Shown here piece after piece: positions 18,733-27,264 of a DNA stretch of 64,000 nt. The stretch spans positions 87,673 through 151,672 of the forward strand of contig CAKSNY010000001.1 of NCBI GenBank assembly GCA_934476455.1, written 5' to 3'. Source of the DNA: an uncultured Clostridia bacterium (lineage in GTDB: Bacteria; Bacillota; Clostridia; UMGS1883). Position 1 is the first letter of the stretch, and every line of letters starts with the position of its first letter. The notes under the pieces were generated by a model. It had not been told where the DNA came from. It searched no databases and saw only the letters and a program-made list of their open reading frames with translations. The position numbers were made by a program, and so were the translations under genes.

Positions 18733-21700
18733 ATGAAAAGAATTATTGCTGCGCTGTGCGCGGTACTTATGCTTTTTACAAGCGGTGCGGCATATGCCGA
18801 CAAGGAAATATCGTTTTCAACAAAAAAAGACAATCCGCTTCTTGACCTTCCGATAAGCGAAGAAATAATTATGAAAAACGGCTCTGTTGTATTAGAGGTT
18901 GAAAACGGCGAATACCAAAGCTGTATGGCAATGGTAACAGATACCGAAGCTTCGGGAGAAAGAGCGCTTAAAACGGCGGGCGGCTTATTTTTAACAGACC
19001 ATACGCTTGAAAAAAAGCCAAGTGTGCGCTTAAAGTTTATTGTTGATAAGGAGGACGCGTACAATGTATGGATACGCACCCGCACAACCACAACGACAGA
19101 CTATATAACAATGTGGACGGATTTGGGAAGCAATGATAACTACACGCTGCAAACGCTGCGCTACGGTGAAAACACAGGCAGCTTTGTATGGAGCAATCTC
19201 GGAAAACAGCGCTACGGCGAGGGTGTAAACTACATTAACTTTAAATACCGCACGCATAACAGCGCCATATGGGATAAGGTAATTGTTACCTCCGACCCGA
19301 ATTTTACGCCCACAGGTAAAGACGACACCCCGTTTGACGAATCGGGCGACGATGTGGCGGTAGACACAAAAAGTATTCCGGTATATCCCACAAAAGGGCA
19401 GCACCCGAGGCTGTATTTTACGGCAGAGGAAATACCTGCGATAAAAGAAAAGCTGACAAATTCCTTATTTAAGACAAGCTACGAAAAATTACAGGAGGAG
19501 GCAGCCCAGAAAATAAACTGCCCCTTGCCTAAGGATAACAGCGATTACACAAGCTATTCCTCTTACGTAGACGTTTTGACTGCGCGTGCATTTTTATACG
19601 CAATAGGGGAGCGCGACGCCTCCTTTGCAAAAGAAACCGTGAAGCTTGCGCGCGATTTTGTGGAAACGGTTACGTTTGACAAGTCAGACACGACCTACGG
19701 CTCGCGCTATATGGGAAACACCATGGTAATGGCGGCGTGCGTATACGACTGGTGCTACAGCTCCCTTACAGAGGATGACAAAGATGCGTTTATTAAAAAG
19801 CTTACCGAAATTGCCTCTGCAACGGAGGTGGGATATCCGCCGACAAAGAGAAGCTATGTTATATCACACGGAACGGAAAGCCTTATTTACCGTGACCAGC
19901 TTGCGCCCGCAATAGCGCTTTACGACGAATTTCCGGATTGGTACAACATTGTGGGAACAATCATTTTCAGCAAGCTTATTCCGGTTAAGAATTTTATAAA
20001 CTCCTCCGGTACGGACTTTTCGGGAAGTACTTATTCCGAAGCAAGAAACGCAGGTGCGATACACGCCGAAAAAATGATTCATACGCTGGGCTACAGCGAC
20101 AGCATTTTCGGCGAAGCATATCCTGAAATGTTCCGCAAATTCGTATACGAAAGACTGCCGAACGGTATATGGTTTAAAGAGGGCGATGACTATGCGTGGG
20201 ACCGCTACCGCCCGGACACAAGAAGCCCGATATACGGAAAAATGCTGAGGTATATGGGCAGCCAATATGACGACCCCGTACTTTTGGGGCAGGGGCTTAT
20301 AGACCTTGCGCAGATAGGCTACACAACAGACGTATTTGACATTTTAATGACAGATACCTTTGCCGAGGCTTCTGCGCCCACGGAGCTTCCCTTAACACGC
20401 TTTACAAAGTATCCTATGTCAACGATGATTGCGCGTACCTCATGGCAAAACGGTATAAATTCACCCACAGCTATGGCGTACGTAAATATGCGCGAGGTAA
20501 CAGTCGGCGACCACCAGCACCGCGACCTTGGCGCGTTTCAGCTTTGGTACAAGGGCATGCTTGCGCTGGATTCGGGGCTTTACCGCTACAGCGACCATTA
20601 CTATAACTATCAAATACGCTCGGTTGCACACAATACAATGCTTGTTGATGACCCGAACGAGCCGCCGTATTCAAGATATATTGCAGACGGCGGGCAAAAA
20701 GTGCCTTACGGCTTCGGTTCCATTAACGACACGCTTGAAACCGTGGAAAAGAAGATTGACAGCAAGGAGGCTATAACGGCAACCGCAAAAGCAAAGTATA
20801 TGGGTCCGGACAGCCGCAAGCCGACGTTTTCGTATATATCGTCGGACATATCCGCCGCATATACCGACAAGGTGCCGGAATATGAGCGCAGCGCCGTTTT
20901 TATAAATCTTGATAATGCGGATTATCCCGCAGCCTTTATAGTATACGACAACGTAAAGGCAAAGGACGCGGCATTTAAGAAAAAATGGCTGATTCATTCC
21001 GAAAGCGAGCCGGAGGTTGACCTTAAAACCAATACAACAATAATAACACGCACCGACAACGGGCAAAACGGAAAGCTTGTGAACAAAACGCTTATACCTT
21101 CGGCAGGAAAAGCCGAGATAGAGAAAATAGGCGGCGAAGGTAAAGAGTTTTACGTGAACGGGCAGAATTTCCCCATAAGCGCCGAAGCCGGAATACAGGC
21201 AGATATGGGGAAATGGAGAATTGAGGTTTCGCCGAAGGCGGCATCGCAGGAGGACAGATTTTTAAATGCAATGTATGTAACAGATGCCGACCGCGACCTT
21301 CCGATACTTCCCATATACCGCGAATACGGCTCTAATTACACAGGCGTAACGATAATGGATAAAATGGTTGTATTTTCAAGCGACCGCGGAAATATTTCTC
21401 AAAGCGTAAGCCTTAACATAAGGGATAACGGATATAAAAGCGTGTCGTGCCTTATTACCGATATGGAAGCGGGTATGTGGAAAATAGACGGTAACGGCGT
21501 GCAGATAATTGCCGAGGCAAAAAGTGGCGAAAACTGCATAGAATTTGAAGCGGCGCCCGGAAGATATTCTATTACGCGTGCAAGCTCCAATCTTAAGCCG
21601 ACAGCCGTTTTCCGGAGCGACTACGAGGCGGAGGACTTCGGCGACTTTTCTATAAGAAAAGGAAATAACCTTATGTACCTTCCGAAACCGACAAAGCTTA

Positions 21701-22410
21701 TTGACGGCGCGGCATATACTGCGATTGACGGTATATTTACACAGCTTGGCGCAAGCATTGCACAAAAAACTGAAAACAGCGTAACCCTTGTAACGGATGA
21801 AGACATGCTGACCCTTACAAAGGACTCGGACGTATGTATTTTAAACGGCGGGGAAGTAAAAATTTCGCACGCACCGAAAGAGGTTTACGGCGAGCTTTAC
21901 GCCTGCCCGGCAGATTTTGAAAAGTTTTTAAGTATAAAAGGGTGCGAGTATAACGATGTTGTAAAGCTTTTAAGCTTCTCCGTAATATCGAAAAAACCGC
22001 TTGAAGGCGTAGAGATGACAAAGGTTATAAATCCTGTTGAGATTACGGGCAGCCTGCACGATAACACAAACTCTGTAGACAACATTTACGACCGCGATTT
22101 AAATACATATTTCTGCTCTGTCGGCACAGACGCATGGGTATTGTACGACCTGGGCAATGTGTATGATGTGTCAAAGCTTATGATGGCATTTTACCGCGGC
22201 GAAACAAGAAAAACACTGCTTGATATACAGGTGTCCGAGGACGGGGAAAACTATAAAACCGTATTTTCAGGAAAATCAAACGGCAGCACAAGCGGGCTGC
22301 AAAGCTTTAAGGTAAAGGAAAAGGCGCGTTTTGTAAAGGTGCTGTTTCACGGGAATGACAACGGCGTAATGTTTAATTCGATATACGAAATGCTTGTTCT
22401 TACAAATTAG
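18733..22410 (+). CDS. Secreted heparinase II/III-like protein, paralog of 3624-6818, with a C-terminal F5/8 type C (discoidin/CBM32-like) domain.
   Basis: The signal peptide is MKRIIAALCAVLMLFTSGAAYA. Core HQHRDLGAFQLWYKGMLALDSGLYRY...NYQIRSVAHNTMLVDDP is near-identical to paralog 1. The C-terminal segment NIYDRDLNTYFCSVGTDAWVLYDLGNVYDVSKLMMAFYRG...FVKVLFHGNDNG is discoidin-like. It starts only 17 nt after the SLH gene, so is probably co-transcribed. Confidence 0.7.
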   Translation: MKRIIAALCAVLMLFTSGAAYADKEISFSTKKDNPLLDLPISEEIIMKNGSVVLEVENGEYQSCMAMVTDTEASGERALKTAGGLFLTDHTLEKKPSVRLKFIVDKEDAYNVWIRTRTTTTTDYITMWTDLGSNDNYTLQTLRYGENTGSFVWSNLGKQRYGEGVNYINFKYRTHNSAIWDKVIVTSDPNFTPTGKDDTPFDESGDDVAVDTKSIPVYPTKGQHPRLYFTAEEIPAIKEKLTNSLFKTSYEKLQEEAAQKINCPLPKDNSDYTSYSSYVDVLTARAFLYAIGERDASFAKETVKLARDFVETVTFDKSDTTYGSRYMGNTMVMAACVYDWCYSSLTEDDKDAFIKKLTEIASATEVGYPPTKRSYVISHGTESLIYRDQLAPAIALYDEFPDWYNIVGTIIFSKLIPVKNFINSSGTDFSGSTYSEARNAGAIHAEKMIHTLGYSDSIFGEAYPEMFRKFVYERLPNGIWFKEGDDYAWDRYRPDTRSPIYGKMLRYMGSQYDDPVLLGQGLIDLAQIGYTTDVFDILMTDTFAEASAPTELPLTRFTKYPMSTMIARTSWQNGINSPTAMAYVNMREVTVGDHQHRDLGAFQLWYKGMLALDSGLYRYSDHYYNYQIRSVAHNTMLVDDPNEPPYSRYIADGGQKVPYGFGSINDTLETVEKKIDSKEAITATAKAKYMGPDSRKPTFSYISSDISAAYTDKVPEYERSAVFINLDNADYPAAFIVYDNVKAKDAAFKKKWLIHSESEPEVDLKTNTTIITRTDNGQNGKLVNKTLIPSAGKAEIEKIGGEGKEFYVNGQNFPISAEAGIQADMGKWRIEVSPKAASQEDRFLNAMYVTDADRDLPILPIYREYGSNYTGVTIMDKMVVFSSDRGNISQSVSLNIRDNGYKSVSCLITDMEAGMWKIDGNGVQIIAEAKSGENCIEFEAAPGRYSITRASSNLKPTAVFRSDYEAEDFGDFSIRKGNNLMYLPKPTKLIDGAAYTAIDGIFTQLGASIAQKTENSVTLVTDEDMLTLTKDSDVCILNGGEVKISHAPKEVYGELYACPADFEKFLSIKGCEYNDVVKLLSFSVISKKPLEGVEMTKVINPVEITGSLHDNTNSVDNIYDRDLNTYFCSVGTDAWVLYDLGNVYDVSKLMMAFYRGETRKTLLDIQVSEDGENYKTVFSGKSNGSTSGLQSFKVKEKARFVKVLFHGNDNGVMFNSIYEMLVLTN

Positions 22411-22429
22411 CGGCATTGTAAAGGTGTGC

Positions 22430-22451
22430 GGGAAAACAATTCTGTTTTCCC
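22430..22451 (+). other. Perfect 9-bp stem-loop (gggaaaaca-attc-tgttttccc) without a U-tract, lying between the lyase-2 and LamG genes. Possible attenuator or RNA-processing site.
   Basis: Inverted repeat seen directly in the sequence. No T-run follows, so it is not a canonical terminator. Confidence 0.3.
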
Positions 22452-22479
22452 GCGTGCCCACAGGAAAGGAAGGCACAAA

Positions 22480-25263
22480 ATGCTTAAAAGAAGCCTAAAA
22501 ACCATAATTTCATTTGTTCTTTCAGCAGCTGTTATGCTTCCGACGGGTGTTTTTTCCGCGTGGGAGGGGGCGGTTACGGTTTCGCCGTCTTTATACGACG
22601 CATACAACCCCGGCGCCCTTGAAAAAATTATACGCCCCGCGTCTGTCGTTGCAGACTGCACCGTAACGGCAGATTCGCAAACCGGGGAAACCGTTATACG
22701 GATAGATAAGGGAACAAACACTGCAAATACAAACCAGGATGTCGGCACAATGGACCTTTCGGGTATGGTTTGGAAAAACACGGGATATATAGAGATAACC
22801 TACGATGTGGAAACAGAACTTGACGAAGCATATGTAAGCGGAGATTTGTTTCAGACGGGGCTTACGCCGAGGTTTGCCGATACAAGCGGCAGGGTGGCGT
22901 GGAATTTAAACAAGGCCCCGCACGAGCTTTTCCCGTACAGAACCTACGGCGGAAAACTTACAAACGTTAAATATCTTATGCACGTATGCGGCAAGGATAC
23001 CACAATAACCGTTTTGGCAAAGGACAGCACCGAAACCGATTACACACAGCTTGGCATTATCGGTGTAAGAACGGATACAAGCGTAAGCAATACGGATTTT
23101 ACACTTAAAGAGCTCAGACCCTATTCAAGGGTAAGAGGGGCGTCCACGGTAAGGGGAACAATTAAATATTCAAACGTAACAGTGCGCGAGATGTATGACA
23201 AGCCGCAGCTTCACAAGGGGTTTTCGGGAACGTCGTACGTTCCGACGGCGGCGTCGAAGCTTGACATAAGCTACTACCTTCCGAGAGAGTATAAGGAGGG
23301 CAGGCTTACCTTTGGCGGCGAAACGGTAAAGGAATTTGACCCCGCACTGGATTTCGGCGGCTACACAACAACACTCAGCCTTGAAAATGCGGCTGTGGCA
23401 GACGGCACACAGATAATACTGTATGTTGTAAATGCCGACGAAACCGTAACGGAGGAAAGCTTTGCGGTGGATATTATAGAGCCTATAACAGTGCCGCTTC
23501 TTTCCGATATTTCAGGCACATACTTAAGAAATCAGCAGATAAGCATTGATTATGAAATACCGCACGAATATCAAAGCGCCGTACTTTCATATAACGGGGA
23601 TGTTGTAAAAAGCTACACATCCGGCGAAAAAACCGGCGGAAGATACAACACGCTTTTAAACTTAAGCGATTATGACTATACAGGCGAAAATCTGCCGATA
23701 GAGCTTAAGGTTACATATAACGGCAGGGAGGATGACGTTATAGAGCGCCTTATCACCGTAAACGAATTTTTCGATACGCCGTATCTTTCGGATATTTCGG
23801 GAATATATGTTTGCGCCGACAGCGTGGTTTTGCAGCTTATTTTGCCGGACGACTATGAAAGCGCATATCTTTCCTTAAACGGAAATACCGTTAAAAGCTA
23901 CAATGCGGCAGAGAACAAAAGCGGCAGATATACACAAAGTGTGCCTCTTTCTGCGGCAAATATTACAGGCAGTGATGCGGCGCTTGCATTAAAAATCCGA
24001 TATAAGGATCCGTCAAAGGCTGATGATGAGCTTATAAGAATGCTCTACATATACGATGCCGTGAACATATCTGTATTTGCAGACGAGGGGTTTGAAAACG
24101 AAGAAACCGCAGTTACAGTACCCGGCGAAATAGAGGTTATAAACGGTATGGCGGATACCGGCAGAGATTCTGCCGTAGCTATGTACGAATCCAAAACAAC
24201 GGCATGGCAGAGAACAACTATAAACAAGCAAAATACATCGTTTTCAAATGACAGCTTTATTGATATAGAGTACGACGCATATGTTACAAATTATGCTGCG
24301 GGTACGGGCATTTTGCTTAAAAATACCGCGGGAAGCTTTTATTCGGGCACGCCCGCGTGGCTTCAGACGGGCGGAAAATTCCTCGACAGCAGCGAGCATA
24401 CCTATACCACGAACAAATGGTACACGATAAAATACAGAATAATCCCCGGTAAATACCGCAGTGACGGAAAGGGAATAATTTGTTTGTATGTTGACGGCAG
24501 CTATGTGGGCTTTAAGCAAATAGCGGTGGACAACGGCCTGGGGCAATTGGGTATAGACCTTTTTAACGGATATGCCACAGGAAAGGTATATATTGACAAT
24601 GTTAAAATGACAAGCTTTGCGCCAAAATACACTACTTCGGTAAAGCCGATTGACAAAGACGGAAACTACATTGACGCAATAGACTGTATAAACCCGGGCA
24701 TTGAGTTAACCTTTAACCAGAAAATGAAGGCTGAAACGCTTACCCCAAGTAACGTAAGCTTTAAATCGTTCAGCGGTGCGGAGATAAAGTGCGACATCAG
24801 CTACATAAGCGAAACAGGCAAGCTTTATATAAAACCGCTTTCGCGCCTTGCAGAAGGAAAAGAATACAGCATATGTATAGGTGAAAATGTGCAAAGCAAT
24901 ATAGGCACAAGCTACAAAGGCGGGCTGAATATTACGCTTATGTCAAAAGCGGCAAGCGTTCATATAGCCTCCGCAGATGTACAAAATCTTTCATCGCTTT
25001 CGGCAAATACAGAGTTTGACGTTTCGGTGACAATGGAAAATAACAGCGCCGCAGTGGCAAAGGGCAATATATTTGCGGCATTTTACTGCGGAGGACGGTT
25101 GATGTGCCTTACAAGCACGCCCGTAAACACAAGCACGGCAAGTACACCGTATTCGCTGACGCTTAAAACCCCTGCGGAAATGACCGGAGAAAGAAAGGTT
25201 ATTGTATACTATACAGCGGGAATAAACGACTACAGCATTTTAGACATAAAGGAAATTTATTAA
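22480..25263 (+). CDS. Secreted LamG-domain protein with three tandem repeat modules of about 90 aa and a C-terminal Ig-like domain. Paralog of 12281-14263.
   Basis: ATG 22480 (MLKRSLKTIISFVLSAAVMLPTGVFSA signal peptide) follows RBS AGGAAAGGAAGG. The N-domain is homologous to 12281-14263 (GYIEITYDV / GYVEATYDL; RPYSRVRG...YSNVTVREMY / IPYVQTSG...FSNIVIKEGY). Three repeats start at DISYYLPREY, IDYEIPHEY and LILPDDYESAY. The LamG signature is NKWYTIKYRI...LYVDGSYVGF...VYIDNVKMTS. Confidence 0.6.
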   Translation: MLKRSLKTIISFVLSAAVMLPTGVFSAWEGAVTVSPSLYDAYNPGALEKIIRPASVVADCTVTADSQTGETVIRIDKGTNTANTNQDVGTMDLSGMVWKNTGYIEITYDVETELDEAYVSGDLFQTGLTPRFADTSGRVAWNLNKAPHELFPYRTYGGKLTNVKYLMHVCGKDTTITVLAKDSTETDYTQLGIIGVRTDTSVSNTDFTLKELRPYSRVRGASTVRGTIKYSNVTVREMYDKPQLHKGFSGTSYVPTAASKLDISYYLPREYKEGRLTFGGETVKEFDPALDFGGYTTTLSLENAAVADGTQIILYVVNADETVTEESFAVDIIEPITVPLLSDISGTYLRNQQISIDYEIPHEYQSAVLSYNGDVVKSYTSGEKTGGRYNTLLNLSDYDYTGENLPIELKVTYNGREDDVIERLITVNEFFDTPYLSDISGIYVCADSVVLQLILPDDYESAYLSLNGNTVKSYNAAENKSGRYTQSVPLSAANITGSDAALALKIRYKDPSKADDELIRMLYIYDAVNISVFADEGFENEETAVTVPGEIEVINGMADTGRDSAVAMYESKTTAWQRTTINKQNTSFSNDSFIDIEYDAYVTNYAAGTGILLKNTAGSFYSGTPAWLQTGGKFLDSSEHTYTTNKWYTIKYRIIPGKYRSDGKGIICLYVDGSYVGFKQIAVDNGLGQLGIDLFNGYATGKVYIDNVKMTSFAPKYTTSVKPIDKDGNYIDAIDCINPGIELTFNQKMKAETLTPSNVSFKSFSGAEIKCDISYISETGKLYIKPLSRLAEGKEYSICIGENVQSNIGTSYKGGLNITLMSKAASVHIASADVQNLSSLSANTEFDVSVTMENNSAAVAKGNIFAAFYCGGRLMCLTSTPVNTSTASTPYSLTLKTPAEMTGERKVIVYYTAGINDYSILDIKEIY
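23255..24060 (+). repeat. Three tandem in-frame coding repeats of about 240-285 bp within 22480-25263, each encoding a domain module of about 85-95 aa.
   Basis: Repeat starts are at about 23255, 23497 and 23781. The last two both open with LSDISG-Y. The consensus is xIxYxIPxEYxSAxLSxNGxxVKSY...GRY...L. A single copy is present in 12281-14263 at about 12954-13200. Confidence 0.5.
23497..23780 (+). repeat. Second copy of the 90-aa coding repeat (representative unit).
   Basis: LSDISGTYLRNQQISIDYEIPHEYQSAVLSYNGDVVKSYTSGEKTGGRYNTLLNLSDYDYTGENLPIELKVTYNGREDDVIERLITV aligns with the units beginning at 23255 and 23781. Confidence 0.45.
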
Positions 25264-25275
25264 AGGAGTATTCAG

Positions 25276-27249
25276 ATGAAAGTGCTTACCGACACATACT
25301 GCCTGTGCAAGGGAGAAAAACGCAGCATAGGTGAAAAAACGGCATTTCATACCGATAATGCAGTAATAAAAGAGCTTTTGAAAAAAACCGCGCAAAGCGG
25401 TATATGCGGCGAGATAGAGGATATATTCTTTTTACCGCTTGACGCCCAAATAACAAAGGAAGCGAACGAAACTTTAAAAAACAAAGAGGCATTAAACGAT
25501 GAAAGCTACATAATAAAAACAGAAAGCAAAAAAATAAGCGTTTACGCTTCTTCAACGCGCGGATTTTTATATGCGGCGGGCTCATTGTACCGCCGCTGTG
25601 ACGGTGGCATATGTGAAGGGATTATACTTAACATCCCGCTGTGCGAGGTGCGCGGAGTAAAGCTTTATCTTCCGTCAAGAGAAAACATGGGCTTTTTCAG
25701 GGAATTTGCGGATATGTGTATGCACTACGGCTACAACACAATGTATGTGGAGGTAGGCGGGGCAATGGAATATAAGCGTCACCCCGAAATTAACGAGGGA
25801 TGGGTGGAATACTGCGAAATTTTCCGTGAATATAACGGAAAAACGGACGATGTGCAAAATATAGGTCCCTTTAATAAAAATTCCATTCACATTGAAAACG
25901 GCGGCGGTAAATATCTTACACAAAAAGAGATAAAGGAGCTTCTTTTATACTGCCGTGAACGTGGGATAGAGGTCATCCCCGAAGTGCCGAGCCTTTCACA
26001 TTCGGACTACCTTTTAACAAGGCATCCCGAGCTTGCGGAAAACAAGATTGACCCCGTTCCCGATGTATACTGCCCGTCAAATGAAAAGGTATACGAGCTT
26101 TTGTTTGACGTGCTTGACGAAATTGCAGAGGTGTTCGAGCCAAAAACCGTGCATATTGCGCACGACGAATGGTATGCGATGCCGCTTTGCGAAAAATGCG
26201 CAAAAAAAACGGCGGCAGACTTATTTGCGGGCGACGTGCAAAAAATCCGCGATTATCTTTTTAAAAAGGGCATTAAAACAATGATATGGGGCGACAGGCT
26301 TTTAAACGGACACAGAAAAAGCGGCGAGCCGTGGATAGGCGGCGGTGTGCGCGTGCGAAAGGTTAAAAGCAACCGCACCGTAAATGTACGCGGAAAGCTT
26401 TACCCAATATATAACGAATACTGGGGGGAGGAAACAGAGACCTCACACGGGGGAACGCTTTACCACTGCCCGCCCACGTACGAATGTATAGAAAAAATCC
26501 CCGCCGACGTTTTGGTTATGAACTGGTCGTTTCGCACAATGTGCGGTGACAAAATTTCCGATTATGAGCTTCATAAGCACAAGCTTTGGAGCATATACGG
26601 AAACTTTAATTTCGGTATGACGGAATTTGAAAACTGGTTTGAAAGAGTAAAAGACGGAGTACACGGTATTGCAATATCCAACTGGAGCAAGGTTGACCGC
26701 GAGCATATGCAAAGAAATGCGATATTTTTGTCAATGGTGTACGCTGCAATTATGCTGTGGAATAGGGATTTTGATGAAACAAAGAGTGCAAAAAACATTG
26801 TAAAAGCCGCAGATGATCTGTTTAATTACCATTACAAAAAAATTAAAAAGGGCAGCTATGTAAGAATAGTTCACACGTCGGATGTTTGTATAGAGCATCC
26901 TGCGTTTGCGGACGGATACGGAATAGTTAAAGAAGATTTTAAAATGGGCAGTTATAAAATTGTATATGACAGCGGTGAAGAACAAATAGAGGATATAATC
27001 TGGGGTGATAATATAGGCCCGTCAAAGGGGCTCTCGGCAGGCGCTGAAACAATGCTTGACGGTATGACCGCGGCAAGCACCTACACGCGCGAGCCGACAT
27101 ATACCTGTAATTACATTTTAGGCGGAGATAAGCTTTATTACGAGCTTATAGTGCCTGTTCGCCGCGGAGCAAAAAAGGTTATACCCGAAATACTTGAAAA
27201 ATACAGCGGAAAGCTTGAAATAAAAAGCACGGAAATAATAAACAGCTAA
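25276..27249 (+). CDS. Cytoplasmic glycoside hydrolase, divergent GH20-like (beta-N-acetylhexosaminidase family).
   Basis: RBS AAAGGAG. No signal peptide. RGIEVIPEVPSLSHSDYLL matches the GH20 segment RGIRVIPEIDMPGHA. YCPSNEKVYELLFDVLDEIAEVF...VHIAHDEW matches the GH20 segment CPSNEKTYEFL..VLDEV..LFP...HIGGDE, with the catalytic D-E pair retained. The N-terminal H-x-H-L-T-D-D block is not obvious. Confidence 0.5.
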   Translation: MKVLTDTYCLCKGEKRSIGEKTAFHTDNAVIKELLKKTAQSGICGEIEDIFFLPLDAQITKEANETLKNKEALNDESYIIKTESKKISVYASSTRGFLYAAGSLYRRCDGGICEGIILNIPLCEVRGVKLYLPSRENMGFFREFADMCMHYGYNTMYVEVGGAMEYKRHPEINEGWVEYCEIFREYNGKTDDVQNIGPFNKNSIHIENGGGKYLTQKEIKELLLYCRERGIEVIPEVPSLSHSDYLLTRHPELAENKIDPVPDVYCPSNEKVYELLFDVLDEIAEVFEPKTVHIAHDEWYAMPLCEKCAKKTAADLFAGDVQKIRDYLFKKGIKTMIWGDRLLNGHRKSGEPWIGGGVRVRKVKSNRTVNVRGKLYPIYNEYWGEETETSHGGTLYHCPPTYECIEKIPADVLVMNWSFRTMCGDKISDYELHKHKLWSIYGNFNFGMTEFENWFERVKDGVHGIAISNWSKVDREHMQRNAIFLSMVYAAIMLWNRDFDETKSAKNIVKAADDLFNYHYKKIKKGSYVRIVHTSDVCIEHPAFADGYGIVKEDFKMGSYKIVYDSGEEQIEDIIWGDNIGPSKGLSAGAETMLDGMTAASTYTREPTYTCNYILGGDKLYYELIVPVRRGAKKVIPEILEKYSGKLEIKSTEIINS

Positions 27250-27264
27250 AGGAATGGGGAACGT

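Noticed and set aside
3624-22410. Possibility that the two heparinase-like genes are an assembly duplication or repeat collapse artefact.
   Set aside because: The proteins differ substantially (only about 55-60% identity over the core), have different C-terminal domains and have different flanking genes. They are genuine diverged paralogs.
25276-27249. Assignment of this ORF to a lyase or sulfatase family.
   Set aside because: It has no signal peptide and no Cys/Ser-formylglycine sulfatase motif (C/S-x-P-x-R). Its motifs fit GH20 better.
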